From a virus (Duplodnaviria; Caudoviricetes), in the IMG/VR virus record IMGVR_UViG_3300009678_000111, positions 1-32,448 of that record: DNA of 32,448 bases; one strand, 5' to 3'. Both the position numbers and the translations under genes were made by a program. Shown here in pieces: positions 1-7,700 of this stretch (the stretch's first letter is position 1; every line of letters begins with the position of its first letter). Under the pieces are notes generated by a model. That model was given only the letters and a program-made list of their open reading frames with translations. It was not told the DNA's origin and ran no database searches.

Positions 1-265
1 CACCACCTGTTGCTGCTTGTCCTGCTGCTGCCGATGCTGCCTGTTGTGCCGCTGCTGTACGGCTACGGCTCAGTTGCAGAAGTGCAGCCCTACGTGTAGC
101 CTCAGGATTACGAGCATTGTTCTTGTCCTGCTGGTTCATCAAACCACCATAGGCACGACGATTGTATTCCTCTTCGATACGTCGAAGATCAGTGCCTCCA
201 CCGAGAGCACCGGAAATACCGCCTACAAGACCGCCAGCAACGTTTAACAGATCAAGGGGGGACAT
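1..265 (-). CDS. Gly/Ala/Gln-rich protein, probable ejection/internal virion protein (runs off window edge)
   Basis: ATG at 265 just after the stop of the upstream gene. Read by hand: MSPLDLLNVAGGLVGGISGALGGGTDLRRIEEEYNRRAYGG...AAAQQAASAAGQAATGG. A hydrophobic Gly-rich N-terminus followed by Ala/Gln helices is typical of podovirus ejection proteins. Not in the ORF track because it is truncated. Confidence 0.55.
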   Translation of the reverse strand, partial: MSPLDLLNVAGGLVGGISGALGGGTDLRRIEEEYNRRAYGGLMNQQDKNNARNPEATRRAALLQLSRSRTAAAQQAASAAAGQAATGG

Positions 266-267
266 GA

Positions 268-615
268 CTATTCCTTAGTTTTTTCGACTGGTTGTGGCGG
301 ACGTGGAGAGGCAAACACGATCTCTACGTTCATCCTCATCTTGCGTCCATACTTACTCTCGAGGTAACCGACCATCTGAGCAAACTCTTGCAGGCATGGA
401 TCGACCTCAGGCTCAGCCGGGACTATACCACCCATACGGTCTTTGGGCTTCTCCTCTACTGTTACCATTGGTTCGGTAGGATTCTTCTTCAAGTTCTCCT
501 GATCCTTCAATGCTTGCTCTGCCATCATCTGCATATACTCTTCCTCTGTCGTTGGCAGAAGGCCGATTGCTTCCTCGATTTCCTCGGGTGTCGTTGGTAA
601 GTTTCCGTCAATCAT
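268..615 (-). CDS. hypothetical acidic protein (115 aa)
   Basis: Strong SD (AAGGAG) upstream of ATG; in line with flanking minus-strand genes. Confidence 0.75.
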   Translation of the reverse strand: MIDGNLPTTPEEIEEAIGLLPTTEEEYMQMMAEQALKDQENLKKNPTEPMVTVEEKPKDRMGGIVPAEPEVDPCLQEFAQMVGYLESKYGRKMRMNVEIVFASPRPPQPVEKTKE

Positions 616-650
616 TCTCGTTTCTCCTTAAATGGTAGTAAAGTTTCCAT

Positions 651-690
651 AAAAAAATACGGTGCCACAACTGTTATTGCAACACCGCAC
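651..690 (-). terminator. intrinsic terminator
   Basis: On the minus strand GTGCGGTGTTGCAA-taacag-TTGTGGCACCGTAT (with G-U pairs) is followed by a T run, downstream of the 725 stop codon. Confidence 0.7.
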
Positions 691-724
691 CTACCAACCA
701 AAGTACCCGAAAGGAGAACGGGAT

Positions 725-1189
725 CTATTTAGGAGCTTCTTCTGGCTTGTCCCACTTAAGGAGTTTGCGTAGCCACTCTGGAAGCATGTGCTTAGCTTGA
801 GGAAGGAAGATACCGGCTACTACGAGTAGAATCCAGAATATCCACTCGGTCAAAGGATAACCGGCGATATCCGCATCAGGCAGTATTCCTGTCTTTGTTG
901 AGAGCCAACCTACAACAATCGTAGCCAGCATTCGAGCTATTGCAGTGAAATCCATTGTGAGAATCCAGTACGTTAGTTTAAGAACTGTTGGCGTAGCCTT
1001 AGCCAGTGCTTTAAACAACGAAATCTTTTCTGTTATTGAAAGTTGGATCTCCTCAAATATACTTAACACGATAGGAGCCTCAGGGAGCATCTTTTGAAGC
1101 TCAGGCATAGTTAGGGGTGCCTTCGGTCTTTCAATCGTTACAGGACGTACAGGAACCCTCGTTATGAAGGGTTCATTAGGGTTTGGCAT
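725..1189 (-). CDS. membrane protein, possibly holin/lysis-associated
   Basis: Start moved to MPNPNE at 1189 (GGAG upstream). Two C-terminal hydrophobic segments (FTAIARMLATIVVGWL; WIFWILLVVAGIFL). Confidence 0.6.
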   Translation of the reverse strand: MPNPNEPFITRVPVRPVTIERPKAPLTMPELQKMLPEAPIVLSIFEEIQLSITEKISLFKALAKATPTVLKLTYWILTMDFTAIARMLATIVVGWLSTKTGILPDADIAGYPLTEWIFWILLVVAGIFLPQAKHMLPEWLRKLLKWDKPEEAPK

Positions 1190-1409
1190 TTCTGATCTCT
1201 CTCCAATCCTTGTATATGCGTACCGACCAAGAGACGATAGCCAAAGCAATTGAAAAGATAGTTCCGATCTGTATCCAGAAATGGATAGGGTCGGGTACAG
1301 CCTGTACCTGTGTCACCGCAGCACCAGCGACAGCTCCCAAGGTAGATGTCAGCCCAAGTGTGTCGAGTTGGATGTTTTCCTGCATGCTTGCATGATGTTT
1401 GAGTTCCAT
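1176..1409 (-). CDS. small holin-like membrane protein
   Basis: About 77 aa from MELKHH. Two hydrophobic segments and a basic C-terminal tail (RIYKDWREIRNAKP), the usual holin pattern. Confidence 0.55.
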   Translation of the reverse strand: MELKHHASMQENIQLDTLGLTSTLGAVAGAAVTQVQAVPDPIHFWIQIGTIFSIALAIVSWSVRIYKDWREIRNAKP

Positions 1410-1422
1410 GAAGACCCCGCTG

Positions 1423-1617
1423 TTAGTCAACGGACTCAAAATTGTAGTCGCCTCGTACAATGTGGTCCAAGAACCGTCTGCACCCTTTTCTTGCTCCTAC
1501 TCTGGTTGCATAACCTTCGGCTCCATCAGCAACGATCTTGCCATTGATCGCTCGTGCATGCCAGTACCACTTACCGTCTTTACCCTTGCTTGTCTGTATC
1601 CTGATCAACGACTTCAT
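1423..1617 (-). CDS. YegP/DUF1508-family small protein
   Basis: Motif KGKDGKWYWHARAINGKIVADGAEGYATRVGARKG fits the DUF1508 pattern (G.w.wrl.a.NG.iia..egY.....a). Confidence 0.8.
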   Translation of the reverse strand: MKSLIRIQTSKGKDGKWYWHARAINGKIVADGAEGYATRVGARKGCRRFLDHIVRGDYNFESVD

Positions 1618-2095
1618 CTTCCTTCTCCTTTTCTGTTACCAGCATGAGTGTTGTCAAAAAGTTAGGACCGAACTTGTTCTTGTCTGCGTTCCAGGAATCT
1701 CTCTTGAAGAAATAGAGCTTCACGGTTACCTTCTCGTCGAGAAGTTTTTTGTACCGCTCTTCGAACTCTACAGCCTTGGGATTCTGAATCTTGTTACCGT
1801 CTTTATCCTTGATGAAGTTCGGTAGAGCCGTTTCACCCTTTGGAATGATCTGCTTCAACACCTGATTCCGAGCTTCTGTTACAGCCTCGGCAATAGGCTT
1901 TAGCGTTACCCTGTTAAGGGCAATGTTCCAGCGACAACCATCACCAAGTACAAACGGTTCTACGATAGTACCATCACCGTTTTTCACTTCTCTGCCATCG
2001 AACGAACCGAAGGCTGCATACAAATCAAGAGCTTCACCTTTTGTTATGGTCAAGCTCTTGAGTGCTGTTGTTGTCTTCTTTTTTAATTCAGCCAT
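1580..2095 (-). CDS. hypothetical protein, possible tail-fibre assembly chaperone
   Basis: 171-aa charged ORF downstream of the fibre genes. Function inferred from position only. Confidence 0.55.
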   Translation of the reverse strand: MAELKKKTTTALKSLTITKGEALDLYAAFGSFDGREVKNGDGTIVEPFVLGDGCRWNIALNRVTLKPIAEAVTEARNQVLKQIIPKGETALPNFIKDKDGNKIQNPKAVEFEERYKKLLDEKVTVKLYFFKRDSWNADKNKFGPNFLTTLMLVTEKEKEDEVVDQDTDKQG

Positions 2096-2101
2096 GTAGT
2101 G

Positions 2102-2401
2102 TTACTCCTTTGATGCTTCAAGTTCCTCAAAGGTAAGTTCCTCGAGGGTAATACTCAAAGCTGAAGCCATGTTCCGCATCTGCTGTGCATTCGTAAGAGT
2201 CTTACTGAATGTACGTTGAAACTCCGTAAGCGACATGCGCTGTACTTCTTCCTTCATCGTACCATCGTCTTTCTCGTTGTCGTAATGGAAAAACGGTACG
2301 AGTACAACGTCTGCATCGTCAGGGTCAGTAGTTACAGTACCAATCTTGGATACCGTTGCTTTCTTTTCAAAAATAGTTGGATCAATCATTTCTCTAGACA
2401 T
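2102..2401 (-). CDS. hypothetical protein (99 aa), possible fibre chaperone
   Basis: Tightly packed directly after the fibre gene; acidic. Confidence 0.6.
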   Translation of the reverse strand: MSREMIDPTIFEKKATVSKIGTVTTDPDDADVVLVPFFHYDNEKDDGTMKEEVQRMSLTEFQRTFSKTLTNAQQMRNMASALSITLEELTFEELEASKE

Positions 2402-2408
2402 GTTAGCC

Positions 2409-3719
2409 TTATGTTGTTAGAAGTGCGTGATTTCCACCACCGCCTGAATGCAAATCGTTGATGAGTGCCGCAAGTGTTTGGCGGATAACTGTGATATCTG
2501 CCGTGTCATCAAACGTCGCACGTGCAAGTGTTGCCGTTGGCAACCCCCATCCTGTTTTTCTTGCGCCTACTACCGTTGAACCGTTCACCTTGTACGTACC
2601 GCCCGAATTGTTGATGTCAACAACGCCACTAGAGAACGTATGCGTTAGCCCAATTGCCCCCGCGTTTTCTACCAAGTGAAACAGAATATCCGCGCTTCGT
2701 GATGCGTGTGTAGCAACGCGCCAAGCGACAATGATTTTGGCGGCGTCTTGAGATACAGTCGTTGAACTGTGCAGCGTCGTATATACGGCAATGCCGAATC
2801 CTGCTGCTGGCGTGCCTGTACTCTGGGAATCCATACGGATAGAGTTTGGCGGCGTTGTTGTTTGATTGCTTAGGCGTTGGAAGTACGCATTTAATCCAGC
2901 CGAATTAGAGCGGTTAAGCGCATACACGCCCGCGCCGCTATTGCTCGTGCTAGACTGATCTACGTAGTAACCAGCTACCGTAGCGCTTGCCAAAGCTCCT
3001 GATTGCGTCATCTTGACCGCAGATTGATTTGTAGAGCTGGTCAACCCAGCCATCACCGCGATACTTGACGTACCTACTGAAATTCTATGCGTGGTGTTAC
3101 TGCCGCCAATTAATGACAACCCAGAGTTCGTTGTGTCCCACGTTATGTTTGGGTTTTCCTGTAAAACATTGCCCGTGCCTTCGAACAATATCCTGCCTAC
3201 CGTTCCCGATGCAATCGCAGTAGTCCCCACCGTCAGCCCACCACCCGCAGGCGCAGCCCAACTCGGAATGCCCGATGCAAGGGTAAGCACTTGTCCGTCC
3301 GTACCCTTTGCTAAACGTTGATACCCTGAATTGTAGTACAGCGTATCGCCGTTTGTTGTGAGCTTGTTCAGGGCGTTGAATTGCGTTTGTATCGCTAACG
3401 TAACACCCGATACATACCCGATCTCTGCTTGTGTCGTCGTCCCCTGCCATGTAGCAATACCTGACAGCGTTGTCGTATGTCCAGATACCGTTGTAAACAA
3501 CGTACTCAGATCAGCGACAACAATAGACGTAGCCTCAATGACCCCACTACCATTTGTTCCTGCGACACGACTAGCTGTTAGCGTAGCCAAATCAGCAAAG
3601 GCTATAGGAGCTTCTGCTTTGTCGTCAAGTTCTGCTTGCAGACCAGTAACATCCGCAATATCAATCGGAAGTGTTGCTCCGGTACCATCACCAAATGCAG
3701 ATGCTAGGGAAGAAGACAT
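2409..3719 (-). CDS. tail fibre / receptor-binding protein
   Basis: 436 aa, rich in Thr/Gly/Ser/Ala. Fibre-type motifs IADVTGLQAELDDKA, EIGYVSGVTLAIQTQFN and RLAKGTDGQVLTLASGIPSW; C-terminus YKVNGSTVVGARKTGW...LAALINDL. Confidence 0.8.
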   Translation of the reverse strand: MSSSLASAFGDGTGATLPIDIADVTGLQAELDDKAEAPIAFADLATLTASRVAGTNGSGVIEATSIVVADLSTLFTTVSGHTTTLSGIATWQGTTTQAEIGYVSGVTLAIQTQFNALNKLTTNGDTLYYNSGYQRLAKGTDGQVLTLASGIPSWAAPAGGGLTVGTTAIASGTVGRILFEGTGNVLQENPNITWDTTNSGLSLIGGSNTTHRISVGTSSIAVMAGLTSSTNQSAVKMTQSGALASATVAGYYVDQSSTSNSGAGVYALNRSNSAGLNAYFQRLSNQTTTPPNSIRMDSQSTGTPAAGFGIAVYTTLHSSTTVSQDAAKIIVAWRVATHASRSADILFHLVENAGAIGLTHTFSSGVVDINNSGGTYKVNGSTVVGARKTGWGLPTATLARATFDDTADITVIRQTLAALINDLHSGGGGNHALLTT

Positions 3720-4204
3720 TACATCACCCAGAAAGCTACTTTACCAGCACCATTGGAGAGACGCTGATAAACGATTTGGTACATGCTTGCCGAGAAACCA
3801 GCAAGATTAAATATGTGGGAAGCACGTTCACCAGCCGAAAACGTATGTGTCAATGCCGTAGGCATATCAACAAAGTCCAGTCCATTCAGCGTCTGCTTGA
3901 TCGTAACCGTTACATCGTCGTCATTGTCACATACCGTGATCTGAACGGCGTGAGAGATCGCTAAGGGGCTAACTCCGGGTACTCCTACGGTCATGTCAAT
4001 CGTAGCATCGTACCATTGAGCCAGAGGTCTTTGGACAGGAACGCGAATAGGAAACGTCTGCTCCTGACGATCAATAGGATTATCATCAAGGGTAGTGTCA
4101 TACCAATCCATATCCACCTTCTTAACCCCACCATCGACGTAGTTGTCAGGGGTAAGACAAACAGGAGAAATGCCGTAATGCGGTTTGGTATTGATTCCTG
4201 CCAT
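3719..4204 (-). CDS. hypothetical beta-rich virion protein
   Basis: 161 aa, TAATG-coupled to the fibre gene; alternating pattern consistent with a beta-sandwich. Confidence 0.6.
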   Translation of the reverse strand: MAGINTKPHYGISPVCLTPDNYVDGGVKKVDMDWYDTTLDDNPIDRQEQTFPIRVPVQRPLAQWYDATIDMTVGVPGVSPLAISHAVQITVCDNDDDVTVTIKQTLNGLDFVDMPTALTHTFSAGERASHIFNLAGFSASMYQIVYQRLSNGAGKVAFWVM

Positions 4205-4209
4205 GATAG

Positions 4210-4548
4210 TTACTCGTCCAAAGTGACAAATACTTGAATATCCTCACTCTCCTCAGTAGAAGCGGTAATAACGCCACCATTGGGTACTGAGAAAGGAGGG
4301 TTGCGGATAGCTGTAGCATAGCCTTGTTCTGATCCTGAGACAGTATTAGCTGGTACGGGTATCTCCAGAGCAATGTTGCCATCGACGAAGATCCGCACCA
4401 TACCCGCTGTTGTCGTTACAAGGGTCAGAATAGCGACGCTGACAACCGAGGCTACAGCACCGGCTGTAATGATAGTCGTGACTGCGCCTGTGCCATCCTT
4501 GTTCGGGTTGGCAGTATCAACGATTCCAAACTCGGTTCTGAGAGCCAT
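4210..4548 (-). CDS. small beta-rich virion protein (TANPNKDGTG...TTTAGMVRIF type)
   Basis: 112 aa; resembles the protein at 5174-5527. Confidence 0.65.
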   Translation of the reverse strand: MALRTEFGIVDTANPNKDGTGAVTTIITAGAVASVVSVAILTLVTTTAGMVRIFVDGNIALEIPVPANTVSGSEQGYATAIRNPPFSVPNGGVITASTEESEDIQVFVTLDE

Positions 4549-4586
4549 AGCGACAAAAGTACATTTGCACTGTGGTCAAGGCAACA

Positions 4587-5174
4587 TTAGGAAAGCTTCA
4601 TCCACTCCAGTAGAGAACCAGCCAAGCACGTAATCGATCCAAGGTCAGAAGTGTTCTGCGCCCACTGAAACGACCACGTACCAACTACGGTAACATCCAT
4701 AACGATCTCTATTTCTACCCTGCCAACACCAAAAGCTGTCGAGTGCGTAACGGCTGTTGACGATATCTGAGCTGTACCAGCAAGTACATTTTCCGTTCCC
4801 GGTGCTGCACTCAGTCCGGCTTCTACGTGCCTGCGAAAAGATGTTACCGAGGTAGCCGTTCCTGTAAAGTTAGTTGCATACTTATAGTCCATCGCAGCAT
4901 TAGCGGTATTGATGAACGCAACAAGCCTAATGATGTACTTTCCCGTTGATGGTACAACGAAAACCAGCTCTCCGTCATTGAGCAACGTCGTCGATGCACT
5001 GCGAACCTCATTTAATAGCTTTGGAATAGGAGTAAATCGTTGTAATGTATACGGCTCTAACCTTCTGTAACGCTCAGACCACGCTACGAAATCACCGTCA
5101 TTAAAACGGGTTGGCTCTATTGGTTTTCGTTCAGAAGAACCTCCAAATGCTGCAATGGCTTCTTCGGCGGTCAT
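4587..5174 (-). CDS. putative fibre-tip / jelly-roll virion protein
   Basis: Start moved to MTAEEA at 5174 (TAATG overlap with the upstream stop). C-terminus GTWSFQWAQNTS...TCLAGS resembles motifs in phage tail beta-sandwich domains. Confidence 0.6.
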   Translation of the reverse strand: MTAEEAIAAFGGSSERKPIEPTRFNDGDFVAWSERYRRLEPYTLQRFTPIPKLLNEVRSASTTLLNDGELVFVVPSTGKYIIRLVAFINTANAAMDYKYATNFTGTATSVTSFRRHVEAGLSAAPGTENVLAGTAQISSTAVTHSTAFGVGRVEIEIVMDVTVVGTWSFQWAQNTSDLGSITCLAGSLLEWMKLS

Positions 5175-5527
5175 TACAAGTCCTCTACCACTGTGGTGCA
5201 ATCAATGGCACCAACGTCAACACTCATCTCCACTTCGATCAACCAGGTGTTACTCGTAAGAAACAGCGTTGGCTCACAAAAGACAGCTTCCCATGCCGGA
5301 ACTGTAGTAGTAGCAGGAATGATCGGAATGTAGAGTTCTTTGATCAGCGTTCTCGTCGAACCATTGTTGATGTAAATCTTCAATACTCCGTCTACGGCAG
5401 TAGCTCCTACAGCCTTGAATATCATCGGCCAGTAGAGATTACTTCCTGCAGTGCCACCTGTAATGAACGTGGAGATTCCGGTTGTAGTAAGCTTTAGTTG
5501 TTGTGGTCGTTTTGTAGCCATGATCAA
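5174..5527 (-). CDS. small beta-rich virion protein, paralogue of 4210-4548
   Basis: TFITGGTAGS...GVLKIYINNGSTRTLIKELYIP aligns by eye with TIITAGAVAS...GMVRIFVDGNIALEIPVP. Confidence 0.65.
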   Translation of the reverse strand: MIMATKRPQQLKLTTTGISTFITGGTAGSNLYWPMIFKAVGATAVDGVLKIYINNGSTRTLIKELYIPIIPATTTVPAWEAVFCEPTLFLTSNTWLIEVEMSVDVGAIDCTTVVEDL

Positions 5528-5530
5528 ATC

Positions 5531-7699
5531 CTAGAACTGGAAGTGTTGCCAGTTATGAGGTGGGAAAACTACGACATCAGAAGGATTCTCGTTTGTTGTA
5601 GGCGCAGTGTTTTGAACTTGTTTGATCTCAAAGAAATGGTACGCAGGTCGAATCAATTGTTTTGCCAACACACCTACGACATGGCAATGAATAACATTCC
5701 ATATCAAGTCACCTTCTTCGAGGTACGTTCTGAGTGTTCCTTGCAGAGACCAAGGAAGTGAGTCGTAAATCAGATACTGAGGACTGTCTGCACCCGCATA
5801 ATTTGGTTGTAGTACAACGAAATTGTCATTACAACGAAAGGTATATGTAGCTCCTCCTCGCTTAACACGTAAGCAATAGATCATTATCAGCTTATAAGGA
5901 GCCATAAACTGAGCACAATCAGTCTGCAACGACTTTATTCCCTGTGTCACAAAATTCAGGTCATAGACACCTGTTTCTTCAATTCGCATCGGTTTGATCT
6001 TTGCCTTATTGAATCCCAAGGGATCCTCAGCAATGTCAATCCAAAGTACATCTTCTGTCCACTTAGGATTCTGTTCATGTGTCAGTTCCCAATTGTCGAT
6101 AAGTGCGAATCCGGCGTCATAAGGTCCATACGGGCTAAGAAGTATCGTTCTATGCCCACCGAGAGCCAACGAGTCCTCCATGTTGTAATCAAGCATAGCA
6201 TGAGGAGCATAATTATTCCCGTTGTAAAGCTCGTACCACCACGTAGACAAAAACAACGGTGCTGTGTCTGCCTCCGATGGCAGACGGCCGTACACTCGTA
6301 CTTCCCGATCTTGATCTCCCGTTGAGGTAACAACGACTCTTAATTCATCGCTGAAATCGGTACCATCATCTCCATTACTCGGAAAATCAATAAGCGTTGT
6401 GTCTTCACCGTCAACATCAAGTCCTTCGTTCTGTATTTGCAACGGTCTGTCTATCGTCCAATAGACACCACCAGCACCGTCGGGAGCTACTTCGGTCGTT
6501 ACCCCGTTGATACCCAAAAGAGTGACTGTTTCCGTATCTACAACTTCGATTGGCGTTCCTGTTTGAGCTGCAGCGTACCACGAATAGCTGAAAGCAGGAA
6601 CGTTGACGTTGGCTTCAATCTTAATACCTCTACGCCATCCAAGAGGACCCTGCCACTCACCTTCGGTAAGCGTCCATGCAAGGTCAGCTGTATCGACGAA
6701 CTCCAAGTGTCCAATAGAAAATGGAGCATTCGTGCCTGGTGTCATGATCGTTCGAACGGCACCATCATCGTGCGCAGCAAACAATCCTGTGTGTGCTGCT
6801 CGAGCTGAAAAATGAGCCACACCATCACCGTCCAAGTACCATTGGAAATGAACAGGTATCGATTCCTGAGCCCATGTAACAGCCGGGGCAGGCGCAACTC
6901 TCGTATTGGCGTTGTCGTAAACCCAATCGAATTCATCTGAAAAGAGAATTCTTTGCAGTACGGCGTAGTCTTCACTATCCCAATCACCGGCATCGCCATT
7001 ATCCAAGTCTAGAGCCGTGACTCGATCTGTACCAAATTCAAGAGCACACTCCCATACAAGGTTGCTCTGATTGGCAAGTACGTCATCGTATCCAACGCCG
7101 GTACCATCTAACAGACGTTTCTTGATTGCTATGCCGAGTCCTGCTTCTATTTGCCCACGTACTACTGCTTCGTCCTTGTAAACGCCTTTACGGCCGGCTA
7201 TACGTGCATGTAGCTCATGTCTCTTTGGCTTGGCATTGTAGAACGTTCGTGCTGTAGGATTGAGGATGAAGCCACCGTCATGCTGATAAACAACACCATC
7301 GGCTTCGAGTAGCTGAGTAGAAGTACCATTCGCTTCTTTATAGTGCCGACCATTCTGATTCAGACATATCGAATAGAGTCCCGGAATACCACTTGTAATT
7401 GTATAGTCGAAGTAATAGATGTCCCATGTACCACCAATGAGTACAACTGAACCATCTGCTACCCAATCACTGGAATCAACAACAACGATAAGCTGGTGGT
7501 CAACACCGCTGTTGTTTGCCGACACACCGTGCATAAAGAGATTAAACGTACTCGTTCCTGCCCCTGTAGGAACCAGCCACTTAAACCGTACCGGTGTACC
7601 AATAGCATACTGTGGTCGTGTGGTATCATCGAAGATGGTAGGAGATGCACTCGGACCTTCTTCGTTCATATACGGGATTAAGCCGGTAGGTAGAGCCAC
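5531..7699 (-). CDS. large tail/fibre-associated structural protein
   Basis: 722 aa, GTG start. Contains one copy of the ~100-aa IDRPL repeat found in the adjacent gene. Confidence 0.7.
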   Translation of the reverse strand: MALPTGLIPYMNEEGPSASPTIFDDTTRPQYAIGTPVRFKWLVPTGAGTSTFNLFMHGVSANNSGVDHQLIVVVDSSDWVADGSVVLIGGTWDIYYFDYTITSGIPGLYSICLNQNGRHYKEANGTSTQLLEADGVVYQHDGGFILNPTARTFYNAKPKRHELHARIAGRKGVYKDEAVVRGQIEAGLGIAIKKRLLDGTGVGYDDVLANQSNLVWECALEFGTDRVTALDLDNGDAGDWDSEDYAVLQRILFSDEFDWVYDNANTRVAPAPAVTWAQESIPVHFQWYLDGDGVAHFSARAAHTGLFAAHDDGAVRTIMTPGTNAPFSIGHLEFVDTADLAWTLTEGEWQGPLGWRRGIKIEANVNVPAFSYSWYAAAQTGTPIEVVDTETVTLLGINGVTTEVAPDGAGGVYWTIDRPLQIQNEGLDVDGEDTTLIDFPSNGDDGTDFSDELRVVVTSTGDQDREVRVYGRLPSEADTAPLFLSTWWYELYNGNNYAPHAMLDYNMEDSLALGGHRTILLSPYGPYDAGFALIDNWELTHEQNPKWTEDVLWIDIAEDPLGFNKAKIKPMRIEETGVYDLNFVTQGIKSLQTDCAQFMAPYKLIMIYCLRVKRGGATYTFRCNDNFVVLQPNYAGADSPQYLIYDSLPWSLQGTLRTYLEEGDLIWNVIHCHVVGVLAKQLIRPAYHFFEIKQVQNTAPTTNENPSDVVVFPPHNWQHFQF

Positions 7700-7700
7700 C

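Noticed and set aside
1385-1409. Dual-start holin/antiholin motif
   Set aside because: The two Met codons are 8 residues apart (MELKHHASM), unlike the lambda S Met-Lys-Met pattern, and the true start is uncertain.
2409-3450. Recently swapped fibre-tip module, suggested by apparently more GCG/CGC-rich sequence
   Set aside because: An impression only; without a computed codon or k-mer profile I cannot support a boundary.
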